From: Hormoscilla sp.
GTDB taxonomy: Bacteria > Cyanobacteriota > Cyanobacteriia > Cyanobacteriales > Desertifilaceae
Assembly: GCA_051439505.1 (NCBI GenBank)
Contig: JBFRWI010000081.1
Coordinates: 1 to 44,468 of the forward strand
Length of the DNA stretch: 44,468 nucleotides
Reading direction: 5' to 3'
Shown in pieces: positions 28,785 to 37,047 of the stretch. Positions within the stretch are counted from its first letter, which is position 1. Each line of letters begins with the position of its first letter. The position numbers were made by a program, and so were the translations under genes. The notes under the pieces are model-generated. The model had not been told where the DNA came from. It saw nothing but the letters and a program-made list of their open reading frames with translations, and ran no database searches.

Positions 28785-29318
28785 TCAAAGGTCGGTCTCA
28801 TCTACCATCACGCCTGCTTCCGATAGAGAGTTAGGACAGGACCAACCACTAGGTAATAAAGATGGCCATCCCTGGCGGAGGGCTTCCAGACAGACACCAT
28901 AAATAGTTAGCTGACAGTCCAGCAAGTGAAATCCCTCCGCTTCCGCTTGCTTCAGACCCAGCTTTGAGACCAGCTCGTTTTTGAATTCCACCGTCCTGTG
29001 GCACTGAACGCAAACCAGATGGTAATGATGATTCGGGTACGGCGGGTTGATTTCATAATGTTTATGGCCTTCCGCCAGCTCCACTTCCCGCAAAATCCCG
29101 ATCCGAGCCATTAAATTCAATGTCCGGTAGACCGTGGAAAGACTGATCCGTTCTCCTCCATCCTTGAGGATATTGTGCAGATCCTCTGCACTCAGATGGT
29201 CCCCTTGGGGAAGTCTTTGAAAGACATCCAGGATTTTTTCCCGTTGGGGGGTGAGGCGAAAGCCCCTCTGATTCAAATCGGACTTCAGCGAAGTCGCCGT
29301 ATAAACAGCCCTGAGCAT
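28785..29318 (-). CDS. fur: Ferric uptake regulator, FurA-like
   Basis: RLTPQREKIL, HLSAEDL, SLSTVYRTL, HKHYE, HHYHLVCVQC. Confidence 0.9.
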   Translation of the reverse strand: MLRAVYTATSLKSDLNQRGFRLTPQREKILDVFQRLPQGDHLSAEDLHNILKDGGERISLSTVYRTLNLMARIGILREVELAEGHKHYEINPPYPNHHYHLVCVQCHRTVEFKNELVSKLGLKQAEAEGFHLLDCQLTIYGVCLEALRQGWPSLLPSGWSCPNSLSEAGVMVDETDL

Positions 29319-29512
29319 TTTCTCAATAACTCCTTGTTAATGTCAACTGTTCTGGCTTATTAGTAAATATTTGCATAAATAGGCTCATGTATGATATGGT
29401 AAATGACTGATTTACTGTCTGCTGCCACCGGTCCTGGGGCCAGATGGATCTCAGCCGATCGCTCCTGCCGGAGCATCAGATCGTCAATAAAAATAAATTT
29501 TCTCTCAAATTA

Positions 29513-29541
29513 TTGCCATTTATTTTAAATAAGGTTATATT
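29513..29541 (+). promoter_or_regulatory. Sigma70-type promoter for sRNA candidate 1, in an AT-rich, possibly Fur-bound region
   Basis: TTGCCA-17bp-TATATT. Confidence 0.65.
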
Positions 29542-29547
29542 AGATCT

Positions 29548-29665
29548 TAACGTTGCCATGTGTGTTCTCCTCTCAAATACGGCAAGGGTCTCAAGTGGTG
29601 TCAGGCGTTCTCCTCTAGCCCATTGGCTAGTCAGGAGTAGCGGTCTCCTGACACCATTTTTTTTT
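29548..29665 (+). ncRNA. IsaR1-like small RNA candidate 1
   Basis: GTGTTCTCCTCTC...CGGCA near the 5' end, a second GTTCTCCTCT, stem TGGTGTCAGG/CCTGACACCA followed by a T-run. Confidence 0.6.
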
Positions 29666-29820
29666 GAAATATATTTTCATTTAGCGGTGTAGGGTGGGCA
29701 CCGCCCACCGCACCGCCCACCGCACCGCCCACCTTACCGCCGGTAGCTTAGCTGGCTGTCGGCAGCTTTTGGCCTGGAATAGCGCCGGCAGCGATCCGGC
29801 TCAAAGATTTTCGGAAATAC

Positions 29821-29849
29821 TTGCTAAATAATTTCAATAGAACTATACT
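29821..29849 (+). promoter_or_regulatory. Sigma70-type promoter for sRNA candidate 2
   Basis: TTGCTA-17bp-TATACT, followed by AGATCTT as in promoter 1. Confidence 0.65.
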
Positions 29850-29855
29850 AGATCT

Positions 29856-29915
29856 TGGTGTTCTCCTCGAAAGGACCCAGAGAAAGATATTCCTCTGGGT
29901 CCCATCTTTTCTTTT
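29856..29915 (+). ncRNA. IsaR1-like small RNA candidate 2
   Basis: GTGTTCTCCTC at the 5' end, hairpin GGACCCAGAG/CTCTGGGTCC, T-rich tail. Confidence 0.55.
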
Positions 29916-29941
29916 CACCAGAGGGGAAGATAGGCCGCACA

Positions 29942-30162
29942 CAATACTTCTCGGGTTAACAACCTGTCATTGCGAGGGGGGCTAGCAACTTAACAGCTGT
30001 GTTGACCCCTGAACCAATCCCCCCCCCCGAAGCAATCTCACCGACTTATACTGCGCGAGGGGATTGCTTCGGGGGGGGGGTTATCGCTCATTGAGCAGGC
30101 CGTTAATCGCTACGTACCCCCCCCCTCGCAATGACAAATAAATCCAAAACCTTGAAGTATTG
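29942..30162. mobile_element. MITE family A, second copy (221 bp)
   Basis: Ends CAATACTTC.../...GAAGTATTG; 10-bp TSD AGGCCGCACA (29932-29941 and 30163-30172). Confidence 0.88.
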
Positions 30163-30243
30163 AGGCCGCACAGGTATCAACTAACCACTGACAATGGGCA
30201 ATTTTCCCAATTTTGTGTTATCTTGGGGACCGGTTTGGCTTAT

Positions 30244-30260
30244 TTGATAATAGATCTCAA
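30244..30260. promoter_or_regulatory. Putative Fur box upstream of futC
   Basis: Imperfect dyad TTGATAATAGATCTCAA, 13 bp before the ATG of an iron transporter. Confidence 0.5.
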
Positions 30261-30273
30261 AAGAATTGCCCAG

Positions 30274-31335
30274 ATGGAAAAACCCGTTATTGTCCAGATC
30301 GAGGGTGTAACCAGACAGTTTGACAAAAATCAGATACCGGCGGTGGATGAGGTAACATTGAGTCTACAGCGATCGGACATTCTGGGGTTATTAGGGCCAT
30401 CAGGTTGTGGCAAAACCACGCTATTACGGTTAGTAGCAGGTTTTGAGCAGCCCCAAGGGGGGTCTGTGGCCCTAGCAGGAAGACCGGTAGCAGGAGCCGG
30501 CTATTGGGTGCCTCCAGAAAAGCGCGACGTGGGTATCGTCTTTCAAGATTATGCCCTGTTTCCCCATCTGACGGTGGCCCAGAATATTGCCTTTGGTTTG
30601 CAACAAGGTCGGTTAAAAAAGTCATCTTCAGTGCCAACACGTGTCAATGAGGTGCTGGCGTTGGTGGGACTGGAAGGACTGCAAAAGCGCTATCCCCACC
30701 AACTATCCGGGGGACAGCAGCAACGGGTGGCCCTGGCCCGGGCCTTAGCACCGGCACCAGCATTAATTTTGTTGGACGAACCTCTGAGTAATTTAGATGT
30801 GCAAGTGCGTTTGAGACTGCGGGAAGAAATTCGCAAGATTCTCAAAACTAGCGGTACTGCGGGTATTTTTGTCACTCACGATCGAGAAGAAGCAATGGCG
30901 ATCGCGGACTGGGTAGGAGTAATGCGCCAAGGAAGGTTAGAACAGTTAGGAACGCCAGAGGAAGTATACCGGCGACCAGAGACGCGGTTTGTAGCGGAGT
31001 TTGTTACCCAAGCCAACTTTATCCCAGCTAGCCGGAGAGGTCAACTGTGGGAAACGGAAGTAGGTAGTTTTGAGGGCAAAACTGTGGGGACAGCAGATTT
31101 TGATATTGGCGATCTGATGCTTCGGCAAGAAGATTTGATCTTGAAACCAGATGAGGAAGGAAAAGTAGAGATCCGCGATCGACTATTTCTGGGTCGGGAA
31201 TACCATTATAGTTTAATCACCCCATCTGGCAGAGAAATAAAAGCGCGGGCCACAGGATCTTCCCCCCTGCCAGTAGGAACAAAAGTACAGTTAGCTATTG
31301 CCCCCAGAACCCTGGAAGTCTTCCCAGGTTTGTAG
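30274..31335 (+). CDS. futC: Fe3+ ABC transporter ATP-binding subunit
   Basis: GPSGCGKTT, FQDYALFPH, LSGGQQQR, LLDEP and a C-terminal TOBE region; adjacent to a FutB-type permease. Confidence 0.85.
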   Translation: MEKPVIVQIEGVTRQFDKNQIPAVDEVTLSLQRSDILGLLGPSGCGKTTLLRLVAGFEQPQGGSVALAGRPVAGAGYWVPPEKRDVGIVFQDYALFPHLTVAQNIAFGLQQGRLKKSSSVPTRVNEVLALVGLEGLQKRYPHQLSGGQQQRVALARALAPAPALILLDEPLSNLDVQVRLRLREEIRKILKTSGTAGIFVTHDREEAMAIADWVGVMRQGRLEQLGTPEEVYRRPETRFVAEFVTQANFIPASRRGQLWETEVGSFEGKTVGTADFDIGDLMLRQEDLILKPDEEGKVEIRDRLFLGREYHYSLITPSGREIKARATGSSPLPVGTKVQLAIAPRTLEVFPGL

Positions 31336-31452
31336 TAAGCGCTTTAGCGCTTCCGTTCTCCGCACTAAAGAACGATCGCCCAAAAAATTTTCAACCCCTT
31401 ACTAACAAATAATACCATTTTGTCATCAAAAGGCTACTATTGTTTAACCATT

Positions 31453-31604
31453 ATAGCAGTTCTCATCCTTTGTGTGATATGCTATCGGAGATTGCTTCGG
31501 GGGGGGGGGAACTCATAAATCATAAGCTAGTCGCCTTACTCCCCCCCCCCTCGCAATGACAAGTAGTCGATTTTCTGTACTACATCAAAAGAGAGAAACG
31601 CTAC
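31453..31604. repeat. Half copy of the GATTGCTTCG...CTCGCAATGACA core within a third imperfect IR shell
   Basis: Core at 31489-31561; flanks TAGCAGTTCTC... and ...GAGAAACGCTA. Confidence 0.5.
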
Positions 31605-31694
31605 ATCTTCCTAGTCGGTTTTAACCGACTTTAGCTATTAGCCGGGGGTTTGAACCCCCGGCGGGCTGACAGCGAAGTGAGGGATCGCAAAAGA

Positions 31695-33371
31695 ATGAGA
31701 ATAAATTACCAATTACCAAATTTGACTTTAATGTGGCAGCGGATACTGCCGGGGGGATGGATCGCAGTAACGATCGCGATCGCCCTTTTAGTCTCGACAC
31801 CAGTGTTGTTCGTACTGGGAAACATATTCGCGGACAATAGCGAGGTATGGAACCATCTAGCGGAGACAGTATTACCGCGCTACATGGCCAACTCTTTTTG
31901 GTTAATGCTGGGAGTAGGAACGGGGGTATTGTCGATCGGAGTGGGCACGGCCTGGTTAGTAACCGCGTGCAGTTTTTGGGGCAGTAAGATATTTGAATGG
32001 GCGCTACTATTGCCTCTAGCAACACCTGCCTACCTGCTGGCCTACAGCTATACTGAATTGTTAGAATATTACGGTCCCGTGCAGATGACCCTGCGGGACT
32101 GGTTTGGTTGGAGTAGCGTCGGGGACTACTGGTTTCCTAACGTCCGATCGCTCGGTGGAGCAATTATACTGTTAACCCTGGTACTATATCCCTACGTTTA
32201 CCTATTAGCGCGAGTCGCCTTTTTAGAACAGTCTACCTGCACCTTAGAAGCGAGTCGCAGTCTGGGTTGCGGTCCCTGGCGCAGTTTTGCTACAGTGGCC
32301 CTACCCCTGGCAAGACCTGCCATAATGGCCGGGTTATCCCTAGCATTAATGGAAACCCTGAGTGACTTTGGCACGGTACAGTTTTTTGGCGTAGACACCT
32401 TCACCACAGGTATCTATCGCACCTGGTTTGGCATGGGAGAACGAGTCGCAGCCGCTCAATTAGCAGCTTTTCTGTTATTATTTATCTTTGGCCTAATTTT
32501 ACTAGAGCGTTGGTCCCGTCGTCAAGCAAAGTATTATCAAAGTGGTAGTGACTACAGTCGCCTGCAACCCTATCAACTCCAAGGAATTCGTGCCACCTTG
32601 GCAAGTATAGCATGTTTTTTTCCCTTGAGTCTGGGTTTTCTGCTGCCCGCAGGTCTCTTGCTACAGATGACTTGGGAAAATCCCGAAACGATCGACGATC
32701 GCTTTTGGAGTTTAGCGACCAACAGTTTTATCCTAGCAGTGATTACAGCTATATTAGCAGTGATCGTTGCTGTAGTCATCGCTTATGGAGTGCGGTTGCA
32801 ACCCCATATTGCCATGGAACTAGCCGCCCGGGTGACGGCAATGGGCTATGCTATTCCTGGTTCGGTGATCGCAGTGGGCATTCTCATCCCCATGGGCCGA
32901 CTCGATAATGCGATCGATGGTTGGATGCGGGCCACCTTTGGCATCTCCACCGGTTTGCTACTGAGTGGGACGATCGCGGCTTTAATCTTCGCCTATCTAG
33001 TCCGCTTTCTAGCAGTTTCCTTCAACACAGTCGAGTCCAGTTTAAGCAAAATAAAACCCAACCTGGATGATGCGGCCCGCAGTCTGGGTCACGGTCCCAC
33101 TCAGACCTTACTGCGAGTCCACGCACCCATGATGGGAGGCGGTTTGCTGACAGCAGCAATGCTAGTATTTGTAGACGTGATGAAGGAATTGCCCGCAACC
33201 CTGATTATCCGACCTTTTAACTTTGACACTTTAGCAATTCGCGTCTATAATTTAGCTTCCGATGAGCGGTTAGCAGAAGCAGCAGCACCCGCATTGGCGA
33301 TCGTCCTCGTAGGGATTATACCCGTGATTTTCTTGAGTTGGCAAATCGCCAGGCGATCGCATCATCCCTAA
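31695..33371 (+). CDS. futB: Fe3+ ABC transporter permease
   Basis: Two EAA-loop halves (LEASRSLG, LDDAARSLG), DFGTV.FFG and MKELPAT..IRPFNF.TLA. Start uncertain. Confidence 0.9.
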   Translation: MRINYQLPNLTLMWQRILPGGWIAVTIAIALLVSTPVLFVLGNIFADNSEVWNHLAETVLPRYMANSFWLMLGVGTGVLSIGVGTAWLVTACSFWGSKIFEWALLLPLATPAYLLAYSYTELLEYYGPVQMTLRDWFGWSSVGDYWFPNVRSLGGAIILLTLVLYPYVYLLARVAFLEQSTCTLEASRSLGCGPWRSFATVALPLARPAIMAGLSLALMETLSDFGTVQFFGVDTFTTGIYRTWFGMGERVAAAQLAAFLLLFIFGLILLERWSRRQAKYYQSGSDYSRLQPYQLQGIRATLASIACFFPLSLGFLLPAGLLLQMTWENPETIDDRFWSLATNSFILAVITAILAVIVAVVIAYGVRLQPHIAMELAARVTAMGYAIPGSVIAVGILIPMGRLDNAIDGWMRATFGISTGLLLSGTIAALIFAYLVRFLAVSFNTVESSLSKIKPNLDDAARSLGHGPTQTLLRVHAPMMGGGLLTAAMLVFVDVMKELPATLIIRPFNFDTLAIRVYNLASDERLAEAAAPALAIVLVGIIPVIFLSWQIARRSHHP

Positions 33372-33479
33372 GTCAGCGGCGATCGCGCATATGCATTGCT
33401 AATGGTTAATGGCATTTGCTATGATTCCCGTTGCACAACGACACCGATGAGCAGTGACCATGACCATGCCGTGACCAAT

Positions 33480-33529
33480 TGACAACTGACAATTGACAAC
33501 TGACAACTGACAACTGACAACTGACAACT
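33480..33529. repeat. Heptamer STRR (TGACAAC)n
   Basis: About 7 tandem units. Confidence 0.85.
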
Positions 33530-33532
33530 AGA

Positions 33533-33916
33533 TCATGGTAACTTATGTTTGACTTTCTGTTCAACAGAATTGAGTAAGTCAACAATCTTTTCACTCAGGG
33601 GTTCGAGCTGGGCAAGTTCTCGTTCCGCAGCATCAACCTGCCCCAAACGCTTCATCTCCACTATCCGAGAGGCGATCACGTGGAGTTTCTGATGGATAGT
33701 TTCCAGAGATTGCATTTCCGGGATTGACCCGTACTTAGCCAGACCTGTAGCATACAACCACTTTCCTAAAAGGCAGTCTCTGTGAGAAACAAATTCCGTT
33801 AGTTGAATCTCTGATTGTCCATGCAGAAAGGATCTGAGTTTGATCTTCCACAGGGAATGTTGAGCTTTTGCTAAAGAGAAGTCAATCATACTATTCATCC
33901 CTTCCTGGGGATACAT
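33533..33916 (-). CDS. Stand-alone CZB (chemoreceptor zinc-binding) domain protein
   Basis: H..WK...SHRDCLLGKWL...H..LH, the 3His+Cys pattern. Confidence 0.85.
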   Translation of the reverse strand: MYPQEGMNSMIDFSLAKAQHSLWKIKLRSFLHGQSEIQLTEFVSHRDCLLGKWLYATGLAKYGSIPEMQSLETIHQKLHVIASRIVEMKRLGQVDAAERELAQLEPLSEKIVDLLNSVEQKVKHKLP

Positions 33917-33996
33917 CTACGGGAAACAGGCTTGGTGTTTACTACGAACGACGGAAAGGTGGGCGATGCCCACCCTACGGTCATCACTCTGGGAAG

Positions 33997-35199
33997 TTAA
34001 GCCTCATCTAAGGCCGCAATTCCCGGAAGCACTTTGCCTTCCAGTAACTCCAGACTAGCACCCCCACCAGTGGAAATGTGACTCATTTGATCTGCTACCC
34101 CTACCTTTTCTACCGCTGCCACCGAGTCCCCGCCCCCGATGATCGTCGTAGCGCCTGTCTTCGTCAGATCCGCCAGCGATCGCGCGATCGCCTCAGTACC
34201 CACGGCAAACTTATCAAACTCAAACACTCCCATGGGGCCATTCCAGATCACCGACTTGCAGTCTGCCAACGCTGCTTGGAAAGTCTTCACCGAGTCAGGG
34301 CCAATATCCAACCCCATCCAACCATCGGGGATGGCGTCAACGCTGACAGTTTGGGAATTAGCATCAGCAGCAAAATTATCCGCTACCACCACATCCGTGG
34401 GCAACAGCAGGTCCACGCCCTTTTCCTTCGCCTTCGCATCCAGTTCCTTGGCCAACTCCAGCTTGTCCTCTTCCACCAGAGACTTCCCGACCGTCAGTCC
34501 CCGGGCCTTATAGAAAGTAAAGATCATCCCGCCACCCAGCAGCAGCTTGTCGCATTTTTCCAAAAGGGTCTCAATCACCCCAATTTTACTGGAAACCTTA
34601 GAACCGCCAATAATCGCCGCCAGGGGACGCTGGGGATTTTCGATCGCCGCTTGCAGATATTGCAGTTCCTTCTCGATCAAGAACCCGGCCACCGAAGGAC
34701 TCAGGTATTTCGTCACCCCCTCCGTGGAAGCATGGGCCCGGTGGGCAGTCCCAAAGGCATCATTCACGTACATATCTGCTACCGAGGCCAACTGCTTGGC
34801 AAATTCCGGGTCATTCGCCTCTTCTCCCGGGTAGAAGCGGACATTTTCCAGCAACGCTACGTCACCATCCTTCATCCCTGCTACCGCTTTGGCCACCTCA
34901 TCACCAATGCAGTCATCCGTCTTGACCACCTTCTGGCCCAGCAACTCCGAAAGGCGATCGGCCACCAAGTTCAGGCGCATTCCCTCGTTCACCTTACCCT
35001 TGGGACGCCCGAAGTGGGAAGTGAGAATCACCTTCGCACCCTTACCAGTTAAATCCTGAATCGTTGGCAAAGCTGCCTTGATGCGAGTATCATCGGTAAT
35101 GGCGCCGTTATCCACTGGCACGTTGAAATCCGCCCGCATCAGCACCTTCTTGCCGGATAGATCGGACTTCGATAAACTTGCTATAGTTTTTTTGGACAC
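33997..35199 (-). CDS. pgk: Phosphoglycerate kinase
   Basis: [53 protein letters not shown]. Confidence 0.99.
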   Translation of the reverse strand: MSKKTIASLSKSDLSGKKVLMRADFNVPVDNGAITDDTRIKAALPTIQDLTGKGAKVILTSHFGRPKGKVNEGMRLNLVADRLSELLGQKVVKTDDCIGDEVAKAVAGMKDGDVALLENVRFYPGEEANDPEFAKQLASVADMYVNDAFGTAHRAHASTEGVTKYLSPSVAGFLIEKELQYLQAAIENPQRPLAAIIGGSKVSSKIGVIETLLEKCDKLLLGGGMIFTFYKARGLTVGKSLVEEDKLELAKELDAKAKEKGVDLLLPTDVVVADNFAADANSQTVSVDAIPDGWMGLDIGPDSVKTFQAALADCKSVIWNGPMGVFEFDKFAVGTEAIARSLADLTKTGATTIIGGGDSVAAVEKVGVADQMSHISTGGGASLELLEGKVLPGIAALDEA

Positions 35200-35299
35200 A
35201 GAGCGACCTCCTTAATAATCTGTTTGTCAGATCCAAATAGTTCCCTGCAAACAGTTCGTCGTCAATATTTTACTGGAGTACGTGTCCCGGAGGTAATTC

Positions 35300-35707
35300 A
35301 TGTTTCAGACAGTCCTATTTCCCGTCAATGACAGTCGCGAGTCCCGCGAAGCCGCTGAAGTGGTGGTCAATGTCGTGCAAAAGTACGGCAGCCGGTTGGT
35401 GCTGCTGTCCGTCCGAGTACCGGCGGAGTCCGAAGAAACCTCTCAACAGTCCATGTCCGACCATGAGGCGATCGCCAAGCTGCTGGAGGGGGCTAAGGCC
35501 ATGTTTGCCCAGCAAGGCATCCAGACCGAAGTGATGGAACGTGAGGGCAAGCCAGCCTTTACCATATGCGATGTGGCCGATGAAATTGATGCCAATTTAA
35601 TCGTCATGGGCAGTCGCGGCATGGGCTTGACAGAGGAAGGCATCAGTGATAGTGTCACCAATCGGGTGGTAAATCTATCTCCCTGTCCAGTCCTAATTGT
35701 CCCTTAG
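35300..35707 (+). CDS. Universal stress protein
   Basis: LIVMGSRG...SVT..VV..SPCPVLIV. Confidence 0.92.
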   Translation: MFQTVLFPVNDSRESREAAEVVVNVVQKYGSRLVLLSVRVPAESEETSQQSMSDHEAIAKLLEGAKAMFAQQGIQTEVMEREGKPAFTICDVADEIDANLIVMGSRGMGLTEEGISDSVTNRVVNLSPCPVLIVP

Positions 35708-35807
35708 ATGCGAAGTTGGTAGGGTGGGCACTGCCCACCAAGTTGGTAGGGTGGGCACTGCCCACCAAGTCAGGGCCGTGCCCACAGTCAGTCAGTTGTC
35801 AACTCGC

Positions 35808-35851
35808 AATTAGCCATTAGCCATTAGCCATTAGCCATTAGCCATTAGCAA
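35808..35851. repeat. Heptamer STRR (CCATTAG)n
   Basis: Tandem units upstream of ylqF. Confidence 0.85.
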
Positions 35852-35861
35852 TTGACAAACA

Positions 35862-36716
35862 ATGACAATCCAGTGGTATCCCGGACATATTGCTAAGGCA
35901 GAAAAAGCACTCAAAGAACAACTCAAGCGAGTAGATGTAGTGCTGGAAGTCCGGGATGCCCGGATCCCCTTAGCTACGGATCATCCCCTGGTGCCAGAAT
36001 GGGTGGGAGATAAGGGGCGAGTATTGATACTCAATCGTCAGGACATGATTTCTCGCCCAGTTCAGGACTTATGGACAGAATGGTTTGCGGCTCAAGAAAA
36101 TCATGTTTATTTTACTAATGCCAAGCTGGGTAAAGGGATAAAAGCTGTGGCAGCAGCGGCGGCGGCAGCGGGGGCCGCTATGAACCAAAGAAGGCGCGAT
36201 CGGGGGATGCTACCCCGTCCAGTGCGCGCAGTGGCGATCGGGTTTCCGAATGTGGGCAAGTCAGCATTGATTAACCGCTTGCTGGGCCGGCGGGTAGTAG
36301 AAAGTGCCGCCCGTCCGGGAGTCACCAGACAGTTGCGTTGGGTGCGGATCTCCAAGGAAATTGAATTGCTAGACGCACCGGGAGTGATACCCGCGAAATT
36401 GGACGATACAGATGCAGCATTTAAATTAGCCATCTGTGACGATATCGGCGAGGCGTCTTACGACAATCAACTGGTAGCGGCTGAGTTAGTAGAATTGCTC
36501 AAGCAGTTGGACGATCGGGTAAATAGTTTAGATAATTTGCGCAGGCGCTATGAACTCGATCCCCTGCCTTACCTCGGAGAAGAATACCTCCATGCTTTAG
36601 CCCAGTTGCGCTATCAAGGGAATGTCGAACGCACCGCACGTCAGTTGTTGACCGACTTTAGAAAAGGACAGCTAGGCGCTCACGGTCTGGAATTGCCGCC
36701 TCATATTCAAAGCTAA
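35862..36716 (+). CDS. ylqF: Ribosome biogenesis GTPase YlqF/RbgA
   Basis: IQWYPGH, EVRDARIP, GFPNVGKS, PGVTR, LLDAPG. Confidence 0.97.
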   Translation: MTIQWYPGHIAKAEKALKEQLKRVDVVLEVRDARIPLATDHPLVPEWVGDKGRVLILNRQDMISRPVQDLWTEWFAAQENHVYFTNAKLGKGIKAVAAAAAAAGAAMNQRRRDRGMLPRPVRAVAIGFPNVGKSALINRLLGRRVVESAARPGVTRQLRWVRISKEIELLDAPGVIPAKLDDTDAAFKLAICDDIGEASYDNQLVAAELVELLKQLDDRVNSLDNLRRRYELDPLPYLGEEYLHALAQLRYQGNVERTARQLLTDFRKGQLGAHGLELPPHIQS

Positions 36717-37047
36717 AATAGATCTGACGGTTAATAGTTGTCGAATGCCTTGTTGGTAGTCAAGGTTTAAGGAGGTTGGGAGTAATGACGGAACTTTCGC
36801 TGCGCCTACAAGTTGAGGGAAATACACAAAAAACGGTCAAGGTGAATTTAGATAGATTTACCGTAGGCCGATCGCCAGAATGCGACCTGCACTTACCTTT
36901 TTTCGGAGTTTCCCGGCGTCATGCCCAGTTTACGCGGACCTCCTCGGGAACGTGGGAAGTTGAAGACCTCAATGGGTGTGGTCAAAACCCGTTGATCGAA
37001 CATCGCATACCCCAGTCGCGGGATCCCCCCAAACCCCCCTTAGAAAG

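Noticed and set aside
28349..28902. Short ORFs over 28349-28902, and those at 24536-24742, 38913-39104 and 39802-40022
   Set aside because: They are translations of MITE or tandem-repeat DNA.
29596..29665. Riboswitch (for example yybP-ykoY or cobalamin) controlling futC
   Set aside because: No convincing aptamer consensus. The unit has its own promoter and terminator and lies about 600 bp from futC, so an sRNA fits better.
30160..31694. Extended N-termini given by the ORF track (futC 30160, futB 31650; likewise lysA-like 21268, xth 26700, cyclase 40397)
   Set aside because: The extensions run through repeats or neighbouring genes; downstream ATGs fit the RBS or family N-termini better.
34078..35052. 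324-aa ORF antisense to pgk, and similar shadow ORFs on fni, sppA, ylqF and the DUF2157 gene
   Set aside because: These are typical antisense shadows of biased codon usage, with no motifs or RBS.
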